Virus record (IMG/VR): IMGVR_UViG_3300010389_000001
Span: 62,001-126,000 of that record
DNA length: 64,000 bases
Direction: 5' to 3' (one strand)
Positions 56,593 to 64,000 of this stretch are shown piece after piece (the first letter of the stretch is position 1; each line of letters starts with the position of its first letter). A program made the translations under genes and the position numbers. The notes below the pieces were generated by a model. The model was not told the DNA's origin. It did no database searches and saw only the letters and a list, made by a program, of their open reading frames with translations.

Positions 56593-59256
56593 ATGCCAAA
56601 AGGTCCGTTCATATCGCTTCATAACCACACCGAGCTAGGCTCACCTCTCGATGGAATGAATGATGTAAAGGATTTATTCGTAAGAGCAAAAGAGGTGGAT
56701 CATCCGGCTGTAGCGGTTACAGACCATGGTACGATGACCGCAATGTATGATGCTTATCTCGCATCACAGGAAACTGGCGTAAAGTTAATCCCAGGAATGG
56801 AGGCTTATTTTGCTGATGATCTAGAGAATAAAAAGAGCCACCACCTTGTTTTGCTTGCGCAAAACCAAAAGGGTTACGAGAATATTCTTACCCTAAATTA
56901 CAAAGCTTTCCAAAATCAAGTCGCCGGATACATGGGAAAGAAGACCCCCAGAATTACATGGGAGCATATTCGGGATCACAATGAGGGGGTTATAGCTCTC
57001 ACGGCATGTTCAAATGGCCTTATCGCAAAAACCTTAATTACAGAGCAAGATGAAGCAAATGCCCTAAGGTATATCTCTATGTTTAAGTCTATTTTTGGAG
57101 ATAGATTTTTTCTTGAACTTCAGCCTCATGCTCTACATGCTGTGGGTAAAAATGGAAAGGAAGTAAATCAGCAAAAGCTGAATCGCTCTCTTCTAAGAAT
57201 ATCAAGAGATTATGATATCCCCTATGTAATTACTTGTGATGCTCACTATAGAGACAAAGAACATGCAAAGTATCACGACTTTATGCTTGCAATCAAGGAT
57301 AAAAAGGCCGTAGATGATCCGGATCGCTTTAGATACGGCGTTCAAGATATGTACCTCAAAACACATGAAGAAGTTATAGACTTCTTTGGACGTGATATTG
57401 CTGAAGTCGGCATGCAAAATACAATAAAGATCATGAATTCATGCCAAGATCCGCATTACATTGAGCCACAAGGGCCTCGGCTTCCCGCATTTCCCGTTCA
57501 AGATCAGGAGGATTATTCGGAGTTCTCAGATTGGAAGGAGAAGAGTCGGTCCACTATTCCAGAGGATCAGTCTTATCTTCGCTACAAATGTATCGAGGGC
57601 TTTAAAGAGAAGCTGTCACACTTATCCGAAGAAGATAGGGAACTTTATTGGGATCGGGTAAAGATGGAACTTTCAGTTTTGGAGGACAAGAACTTTTCAT
57701 CTTATATGCTGATCGTTTCCGATTATATTAACTGGGCCAAACAAAGAATGCCAGTTGGAGACGGAAGAGGGAGTTCGGCCGGATCCCTTGTCGCTTACCT
57801 AACAGGAATTACCGGCGTGGACCCAATTGAATACGATTTGATCTTCGAAAGGTTTCACAATAATCAAAAGAAGTCTTTCCCAGATATTGATACTGATTTT
57901 TCAGATCCTTCTCTGGTAAAAGAATACATTAAAGAAAAGTATGGCGAAGATAGAGTTGCGTCTATTTCAAACTGGAGCACTCTCTCTCCAAAGGTCGTAA
58001 TTAAAGATGTTGCCAGAAGCCTACGGCTTGGTGGCGATAAAACTGCTGCATTTAAGATTGCAAATCACATCACATCAATTATGCCCGATGCAAAGACCCT
58101 TGAGCAGGCGATGAGCGACAGCTCTCAGTTTGATGCTTACATGAAACAGTATCCAGAGCTTTATGAGTATGGAGAAAAGCTGCAGAATCTAACCAGAAAC
58201 TGGTCTGTACATGCCGCAGGAATGGTTATTGGAGAAGAACCGCTTCATAAGACCGTCCCGCTTAGAATCGATGATGAAGGCGGCGTCGTAACTCAGTGGG
58301 AAAAGAATCGCTGTGAAACAAATGGTCTAATTAAAATGGACCTTCTCGGCCTAAAGACCCTCACTGTTATCGATAATACTTTTAAGCTTATACAGTCTTC
58401 AACCGGAGAGAGCTTATCAACTGATGATATCGATCTTAACGACCAAGAAGTTTATAAGATGCTAGGTCGCGGAGAAACATCTGGTGTATTTCAGCTTGAG
58501 TCATCTCTTACTCCATTCTGCATAAAGCTAAAGCCAAACTGTATTGAGGATATCTCTGCCATTAATGCAATCGGAAGGCCCTCCTGTCTTCCGGAGGAAA
58601 GAAAGAAGTATGCAAAAAGAAGACTTGGCCTTGAGCCTACAAAGTATGACCATCCCAAGCTAGAAAGAGCGCTAAAGAAAACTTATGGAATTCTTGTTTA
58701 CGAAGAGCAGGCCATGTTTATTGCGCAAGACTGTGCCGGCTGGGACCTAAACCAGGCTGATTCTCTAAGAAAAATCAGCAAGCTAAAGGGCAAGGATCCA
58801 GATCTTGTGCTTAAGACCGAAGCAAACTTTGTTAAAGATTGCATGTCGCACTCCGGAATGGACTATAAAACTGCATGCCTAGTTTGGAAGCGGTATATCG
58901 AGGTTTTAGGAGGCTATGCGTTCAATAAGTCATTGCACTTTTCTGAGAAAGTAAGTATAATAAGAAACGGGGAGCCTTTAACCCTTGATATTCAAGACGT
59001 TAAAAAAGGCGACCTTGTACCTTCGAGAGACGAGAAAACAGGTGAAGACCTTCTGATTGAAGTAAAAGGCAATCATTACCACGGAAAACTGCCCGTACTG
59101 AAAGTTACGCTAGAAACTGGAGAAACTGTAACATGCACAAAGAATCACAAATTCAGAACCACAACCGGGGAAATGCTGCCCCTATGGCTAATCCTGGAGG
59201 CAAACATGGAGATCGTTGTTTCTGCGGAAAAGAATCAAAAACAAAGGGAGGCCTAG
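56593..59256 (+). CDS. dnaE: DNA polymerase III alpha N-extein (aa 1-779) fused to N-intein
   Basis: PHP motifs (LHNHT, TDHG, DAHY), GRGSSAGSL, FERF, PDIDTDF, HAAG, KMDLLGL, GVFQLES, then GYAFNK followed by the intein. Confidence 0.96.
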   Translation: MPKGPFISLHNHTELGSPLDGMNDVKDLFVRAKEVDHPAVAVTDHGTMTAMYDAYLASQETGVKLIPGMEAYFADDLENKKSHHLVLLAQNQKGYENILTLNYKAFQNQVAGYMGKKTPRITWEHIRDHNEGVIALTACSNGLIAKTLITEQDEANALRYISMFKSIFGDRFFLELQPHALHAVGKNGKEVNQQKLNRSLLRISRDYDIPYVITCDAHYRDKEHAKYHDFMLAIKDKKAVDDPDRFRYGVQDMYLKTHEEVIDFFGRDIAEVGMQNTIKIMNSCQDPHYIEPQGPRLPAFPVQDQEDYSEFSDWKEKSRSTIPEDQSYLRYKCIEGFKEKLSHLSEEDRELYWDRVKMELSVLEDKNFSSYMLIVSDYINWAKQRMPVGDGRGSSAGSLVAYLTGITGVDPIEYDLIFERFHNNQKKSFPDIDTDFSDPSLVKEYIKEKYGEDRVASISNWSTLSPKVVIKDVARSLRLGGDKTAAFKIANHITSIMPDAKTLEQAMSDSSQFDAYMKQYPELYEYGEKLQNLTRNWSVHAAGMVIGEEPLHKTVPLRIDDEGGVVTQWEKNRCETNGLIKMDLLGLKTLTVIDNTFKLIQSSTGESLSTDDIDLNDQEVYKMLGRGETSGVFQLESSLTPFCIKLKPNCIEDISAINAIGRPSCLPEERKKYAKRRLGLEPTKYDHPKLERALKKTYGILVYEEQAMFIAQDCAGWDLNQADSLRKISKLKGKDPDLVLKTEANFVKDCMSHSGMDYKTACLVWKRYIEVLGGYAFNKSLHFSEKVSIIRNGEPLTLDIQDVKKGDLVPSRDEKTGEDLLIEVKGNHYHGKLPVLKVTLETGETVTCTKNHKFRTTTGEMLPLWLILEANMEIVVSAEKNQKQREA
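58930..59256 (+). mobile_element. Split intein, N-fragment (108 aa, Ser1)
   Basis: Block A SLHFSEKV, block B VTCTKNHKF (TxxH). Confidence 0.88.
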
Positions 59257-60215
59257 GCAAGCATAAGGCAAAGTGTGTTGTTTACATTAAAAAAGCTTTG
59301 GAGATCGGTGAAATTATCCAATGCTCCCTTTGCGATCATAAGGCCAAGACTCTCAGGCGACATATAGAAAAAGAACATAAGGACATCTCCGTTGATCAGT
59401 ATGTTGAGTTGTACGGAAGCTATATGGCTCCAATTACAAGAGAAAAGAAGAAAAGGGCCGCCAAGCAAAATGGCTCTTGGTTTGCAAAGCTTTCTGCCGA
59501 TGAGAAGGCCGAAGTAAGGGCTGGCTGGATTGAGAATGGAAAGAAAATTAGCGATTCTATTATGAGCAATCCCGAAGAAAGAAAAAGAAGAGCTTCTATG
59601 CTGAAGGAAATGTGGGATGACCCGGATAAGGCGGCCATTTTCCGGGAGAATCAGAGCGAGACGGCAAAAAAGACATCCGCAAGAGCTGATGTTCAAGCCG
59701 CAAGGGCGGAAAGGTTAAAAAACTGGAGAGACAACAACCCCGAAGATTTTTATAATAAATGCACAAGAGCCATGCATAAAACGTGGACTTCCAAGCCTGA
59801 GAAAAGACTTCGGGCTTTCGCCCAATCAATAAACCCTTTATTTAAGGGAAATCAGCAGGTTAACTCGAACAAGCATTTTTTTACAAACAAAACCTGCAGA
59901 AAGCAAGTCGACCTTATTGACAAAGAGAATAAAATAATCATAGAGTTAGACGGCCCGCACCATTTCGATCCGATCTTTGGCGATGAAATCCTAAAGATTA
60001 ATAAGAAAAAGGATAAAGAGCTAGACAAGTTCTGTTTAGATGGCGGCTATCTTCTAATAAGAGTCTCGCATACGGAATACGATTACAGAAAGTCTTCCAA
60101 CGACTTTAGTACACGTACTTTAAATAAGGTCAGGGAAATACTGGACGCTGGCGCGCCTGGCGTTTATTATCTTGGCGAAGAGTACCTCGAAAAAAATATG
60201 CTTCCAAAGGAGTAG
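59133..60215 (+). CDS. Free-standing Vsr/DUF559-like homing endonuclease (start uncertain, possibly 59184)
   Basis: N-terminal Zn fingers, basic helical linker, SKPE...VD...IELDGPHHF...KD...GYLLIRV. Confidence 0.82.
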   Translation: MHKESQIQNHNRGNAAPMANPGGKHGDRCFCGKESKTKGGLGKHKAKCVVYIKKALEIGEIIQCSLCDHKAKTLRRHIEKEHKDISVDQYVELYGSYMAPITREKKKRAAKQNGSWFAKLSADEKAEVRAGWIENGKKISDSIMSNPEERKRRASMLKEMWDDPDKAAIFRENQSETAKKTSARADVQAARAERLKNWRDNNPEDFYNKCTRAMHKTWTSKPEKRLRAFAQSINPLFKGNQQVNSNKHFFTNKTCRKQVDLIDKENKIIIELDGPHHFDPIFGDEILKINKKKDKELDKFCLDGGYLLIRVSHTEYDYRKSSNDFSTRTLNKVREILDAGAPGVYYLGEEYLEKNMLPKE

Positions 60216-60218
60216 CTC

Positions 60219-60329
60219 GTGGCTAAAATCATTTCTGCAGATAATGTAGGCGAAGAACATACTTATGATCTTGAGGTTGATCACCCTGATCATCAGTATT
60301 ATTTGGCGAACGGAATTTTAACTTCTAAT
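60219..60329 (+). mobile_element. Split intein, C-fragment (37 aa)
   Basis: Blocks F/G TYDLEV..HQYYLANGILTSN followed by Ser+1. Confidence 0.9.
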
Positions 60330-61364
60330 TCGCACTCTATTTCTTACTCACACATTTCTTTTTATACCGCGTGGCTTCGATGTCATTATCCAACGCAGTT
60401 TATGTGTGCTTTGCTAAACTCTGAAGATCCGAACTCCGATAAGGCGCAGGAATATCTTTCGGAATGCAAAAGCATGGGCATTAACATTGTCGCTCCCAAC
60501 GTAAACGACTCTGTTGGAAATTACAAAGTTCTTGAAAATATGGTTATTTCAACCGGGCTGTCTGCAATCAAGGGGGTTGGAGATAAGGCTATTGAATCGA
60601 TTGTAAATATGCAGCCATATAATTCTTTTATAGAGTTTGTATCAACAAATGACAGTCGCACGGTTGGAAAAACAGTTATTCAATCCCTGGCAAAAGCGGG
60701 CGCCTTAGACTTTACGGGTTTAACGAGAATGGATATGCATGATAACTATCAGAAGTATCGATCCAAGGCAAAGAACGCTATAAAGAAAGAGGTTGAAAAG
60801 GATATTCTTGCGGCCCATCCCGAAATAAAGAAGATAACAAAAGATGTGAGGGATCGCTATTTTGAGCAATTTGATATTCTTCCGGATTCGGAAAGATTCA
60901 ACAATATCGTTTCTGCCCTAACTTATACTCCGTCAGAAGATGAATGGGACAGAAAGGATATCTTGCTGTACGAGAGAGAAGTCCTTGGACGCTCTATATC
61001 CGGCAGCCTTCATGAAGTTTTCTCAAGCTTCTTTTCTGGAGGGCCTTTTGTTACGCCGCTAAAGAATATCGAAGAGCAAAGCAATGGTGCCAGAATAAAA
61101 ATCGAGGCTATAATTAAGACGAAGATTAAAGAATTTAAGATTAAGAACGGCAAAAATGTTGGAAGAAAGTTCGCCAAGTACTTGGTGGAAGATGTTAATG
61201 GCGATACATGCGGCTTAACCCTTTGGGCCGATGACTATGATAAATATAAATCCGTTCTAAAAGAAGGTCTGCCTATTAAGGCCATATGCAAGGTAAACGA
61301 ATATATGGGCCAGAAAGACCTTGCGCTATCATCACTTGAAAGAGTTTATGGGAGAAAGATATGA
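60219..61364 (+). CDS. dnaE: C-intein fused to DNA polymerase III alpha C-extein
   Basis: AAGGAG RBS; SHSISY...YPTQFMCALL, GLSAIKGVG, LAKAGALD, EREVLG, C-terminal OB fold. Confidence 0.95.
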   Translation: MAKIISADNVGEEHTYDLEVDHPDHQYYLANGILTSNSHSISYSHISFYTAWLRCHYPTQFMCALLNSEDPNSDKAQEYLSECKSMGINIVAPNVNDSVGNYKVLENMVISTGLSAIKGVGDKAIESIVNMQPYNSFIEFVSTNDSRTVGKTVIQSLAKAGALDFTGLTRMDMHDNYQKYRSKAKNAIKKEVEKDILAAHPEIKKITKDVRDRYFEQFDILPDSERFNNIVSALTYTPSEDEWDRKDILLYEREVLGRSISGSLHEVFSSFFSGGPFVTPLKNIEEQSNGARIKIEAIIKTKIKEFKIKNGKNVGRKFAKYLVEDVNGDTCGLTLWADDYDKYKSVLKEGLPIKAICKVNEYMGQKDLALSSLERVYGRKI

Positions 61365-61870
61365 TTGATTGTAGAAAATGCAAATTCTCTGTGCAGCAGA
61401 GCATGCGTCATGCTCTATCAAATAATTGCTGCCCCGCTTGTGGAAGCGCCCTGCTTGGAGAGGTACACAGTAGAAGGCTTAGCTTATTTAAGAACAAGCT
61501 GTCAAACCAAGCTTTTTCCTCAAAGCTAGATGGTGACGATATATTTGACATAGCCCTGTTTATGCTGGTTGAATTTTTCCCGCCGAGCCTTGATGTCGAA
61601 AAGAAGGATGTCTCAGAGCCGGAAGAGGAGTCCGGAGAAGAAAAGGTAGCTAGAGTAAGCGCAGAGGTGGCTAAGCGCGAGAAAGAAGAGGAAGATTCTG
61701 AGTCTTACGAAGATATAAGGGATCAGGTTAGAATGGAAATGGTCAATTCTGCGGAAGAGCTTTCTGCCGAAGAAATGGACGAGGATCTTCGAATACAAAG
61801 GCTTAAGAGAATTGCTAAGGAAAACCAGATAAATAAGCCTGGAGCGGTTGTTAGAAGAGTCGGCTCGTGA
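61361..61870 (+). CDS. Zn-ribbon protein with acidic region
   Basis: CRKC...CPACG. Confidence 0.6.
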   Translation: MIDCRKCKFSVQQSMRHALSNNCCPACGSALLGEVHSRRLSLFKNKLSNQAFSSKLDGDDIFDIALFMLVEFFPPSLDVEKKDVSEPEEESGEEKVARVSAEVAKREKEEEDSESYEDIRDQVRMEMVNSAEELSAEEMDEDLRIQRLKRIAKENQINKPGAVVRRVGS

Positions 61871-62196
61871 TTAGAGCCGTAGGTAACAAGAGGCTGGATC
61901 TTAACGATGCAGAATATGACTATTATCTTGAAATAAAAAAAGCCGTAGGAGATGCTGATTTTCTGGGGCTATTTGATACGGATAAAAATGGTTTAATTAC
62001 GGGGATAATGCCGCCGGTTGATAAGGGCATAAATGTAATGGTTATTTATTTCGTTTTAAACGTTATGATAAATCAAAGAATAAGGATTTTAGAATCCTCT
62101 ATTAAAAAAGTCGAAAGTTTCGTAGACCAGATCGGCGCGCTGCCTAATATAATTGAGAGGCTGGAACGGCTCGAAAGAAAGGAGGAGGAAAAATGA
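61867..62196 (+). CDS. Hypothetical protein
   Basis: Coupled ORF, 109 aa. Confidence 0.55.
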   Translation: MIRAVGNKRLDLNDAEYDYYLEIKKAVGDADFLGLFDTDKNGLITGIMPPVDKGINVMVIYFVLNVMINQRIRILESSIKKVESFVDQIGALPNIIERLERLERKEEEK

Positions 62197-62747
62197 CGCT
62201 ACTGCACAAGGTTGCATTCAGCAATAATTTTTCACTGGACAATATTGACATTCAGCCAATTCGTGATATTATCGATATGCTGCCAAAGAATGGTGTTGTT
62301 GATCTAAACATCGCCGAAAGAGGTCTTCTGCTAACTCTTGAGGCCCAGAACCTCTGTCAGGAGCGAATTATTGAAATTGATCGACTAATTGGTTCTTTGG
62401 AGTCTGACAAAAATCGAGCATGGTCTAATGCGGCCCTAAGCAAAGCGAAGGAAGCTGGTTACAAAACTGCCAAAGATAAAGAGTGGTTTGCCCAAGCAGA
62501 TGACGAATACATTAAGGCTTGCAACAACTTGACTATGGCAAAGGCCTGCAAGAAGTGGCTTGAAAATAAGGCTAGCTATTTCTCTGGATGGCACTATTCT
62601 CTAAAGACATTTTTAAAGAGAGATTATTCTATTGAAATGTCTAGTAATATTCCATATAATGGAGTAGATGCATCTTCTGGAACACTCCCTTCCCGAAGAG
62701 AAGAAGATGATATCATCGTAGATGATAGCGACAGTCCCTGGGAGTAA
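62193..62747 (+). CDS. Putative UvsY-like recombination mediator
   Basis: Helical, ADDEY..GW motif, next to SSB; family call is an inference. Confidence 0.4.
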   Translation: MTLLHKVAFSNNFSLDNIDIQPIRDIIDMLPKNGVVDLNIAERGLLLTLEAQNLCQERIIEIDRLIGSLESDKNRAWSNAALSKAKEAGYKTAKDKEWFAQADDEYIKACNNLTMAKACKKWLENKASYFSGWHYSLKTFLKRDYSIEMSSNIPYNGVDASSGTLPSRREEDDIIVDDSDSPWE

Positions 62748-62817
62748 ATCCTCAAAAAAACAATGGCGCTAATTTGCAATAATGCAATAATTGCCTAAAA
62801 ACAAATAGGAGTAAGAA

Positions 62818-63438
62818 ATGTCAAACATGGTATTTGGTGAAGTAGATTGGAATGCAGCAGACTCAGGTTCAGGCGGAAAGTCTGACTTCATGAGGCTCGA
62901 AGAGGGCGAGAACACCGTTCGAGTTATGGGTAACCCCGTTCAGTTTTACATCCACTGGATCGTAGGCTCAGACGGCAAGAAGGGTAAGATCAACTCTCCC
63001 GTCAACAATCCCGAGCTTGTCTCTAGGCTTGAGGACTCTGGTTTTAAGCGCCAGGCCCGATGGCTAATCAAGGTTCTTGATCGTAGTGACGATTGCTTCC
63101 GTCTTCTTGAGGTTGGCCCTCAGATTTACAACGGAATCAAGGCTCTTTACAACAACAGCCGGTGGGGAAAGGTAACTCAGTATGATATCACCATTCTCCG
63201 TGGAGCACCTGGGCAGCAGCCGCTTTACAGCGTGCAGCCAAACCCGAAGGAAAGTCTATCATCTGACTTTAAGGCTAAGTTTATGGAGTTTAACGACAGA
63301 GTTAATGTTGAAAAGGCAATTTCCCCTTCAACGGCTGAGGCTGTATGTGAGCGAATGGGCTGGTCAAGCAGCGATGCGTCCAGCTCAACGACTGACACGA
63401 CCGCAGCGGATGATGATTTTGACTTTGATTTTGAGTAG
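62818..63438 (+). CDS. Single-stranded DNA-binding protein (gp32-like)
   Basis: FMRLEEGENTVRV, YDITILR, acidic-aromatic tail DDDFDFDFE. Confidence 0.75.
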   Translation: MSNMVFGEVDWNAADSGSGGKSDFMRLEEGENTVRVMGNPVQFYIHWIVGSDGKKGKINSPVNNPELVSRLEDSGFKRQARWLIKVLDRSDDCFRLLEVGPQIYNGIKALYNNSRWGKVTQYDITILRGAPGQQPLYSVQPNPKESLSSDFKAKFMEFNDRVNVEKAISPSTAEAVCERMGWSSSDASSSTTDTTAADDDFDFDFE

Positions 63439-63455
63439 TTTTTAGAAAAATAAAA

Positions 63456-63499
63456 TTACTTTTCAGAGGCGCGTAAAGTATAATCTTTACGCGCCTTTT
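63456..63499 (+). promoter_or_regulatory. Hairpin with TATAAT loop (terminator/promoter overlap)
   Basis: AGGCGCGTAAAG-TATAAT-CTTTACGCGCCT-TTT; TTACTT 17 nt upstream of TATAAT. Confidence 0.55.
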
Positions 63500-63502
63500 G
63501 TT

Positions 63503-64000
63503 ATGAAGAAAGTAATTGGATTAGACATATCATCATCGACTGTCGGCTGGGCCGTTATGTCTTACGATAAAGATGGCTGCACCTTAGAAGAGTACGGTCA
63601 TATTAAGCCAATGAAGTCGGCAAAAGGATCCCTATCTGTTAGGTCGGCAGATTATCTCGATAAGATAATGAATTTCTTATCTGATAAATCTCCAGATTCT
63701 GTTGCCATAGAAGCTTATGCGAATAAGTTCTCAAGAGGAAGGAGTACTGCCAGGACAATTATTGTCTTATCAGTTTTTAATGAAGTAACGTCTATAGGCT
63801 CAATAAAGTCAGTTGGAATTGAGCCAAGCAGATATGCCGTTGTTTCAATTAGGTCTGTTTTATCTAAAATTGCAGGTAAGAAGATATCCTCTAAAGAGGA
63901 AGCCTTTGATTTTATTGTAGAAAAATTTAAAGGATTTGAGATAAGAAAGAAAAAAACAGGCTCTATAAAAGACGAGTGTTTCGACGAAGCTGACGCTATA
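63503..64000 (+). CDS. RuvC-like Holliday junction resolvase (3' truncated)
   Basis: MKKVIGLDISSSTVGWA, VAIE, DEADAI at the window edge. Confidence 0.82.
   Translation, partial: MKKVIGLDISSSTVGWAVMSYDKDGCTLEEYGHIKPMKSAKGSLSVRSADYLDKIMNFLSDKSPDSVAIEAYANKFSRGRSTARTIIVLSVFNEVTSIGSIKSVGIEPSRYAVVSIRSVLSKIAGKKISSKEEAFDFIVEKFKGFEIRKKKTGSIKDECFDEADAI

Noticed and set aside
1-64000. Stop-codon reassignment
   Set aside because: Long conserved genes are intact in the standard code, and TAA, TAG and TGA all end genes at expected positions.
1-64000. Bacterial chromosome or eukaryotic giant virus origin
   Set aside because: Housekeeping homologues are isolated and diverged among many orphans, with phage-type genes (DUF3310, gp32-like SSB, fibres), SD sites and sigma70 promoters.

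Overview
This 64-kb window looks like part of a large (jumbo/huge) dsDNA bacteriophage genome. Coding is dense, almost all on the + strand, in the standard genetic code, with Shine-Dalgarno sites and sigma70-type promoters. In order it carries: (i) host-like metabolic and proteostasis genes (glutamine synthetase II, SpoU methylase, GroEL, PurA, DHH phosphoesterase, IMPDH, MoxR-AAA/vWA pair, M16 peptidase, cytidylyltransferase) mixed with probable virion proteins; (ii) a ~9-kb array of short ORFs joined by a repeated 15-nt junction and containing a promoter-driven tRNA-like RNA; (iii) Hsp20, KH, HNH, HU and two fibre-like proteins; (iv) a replication/recombination module (FtsK, primase Zn finger, SbcD/SbcC, PD-(D/E)XK nuclease, sigma factor, a 2324-aa protein, DnaE, UvsY-like, SSB, RuvC-like). 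Most notable: purA is interrupted in its P-loop by a 13-nt hairpin insert with matched Gly codons around a stop, a candidate minimal ribosomal-bypass element, and it has a pseudoknot-like leader. Also notable are a dnaE gene split by a split intein around a free-standing Vsr-like endonuclease, and a 122-nt tRNA-mimic RNA. All calls come from reading motifs by eye; no searches were run.
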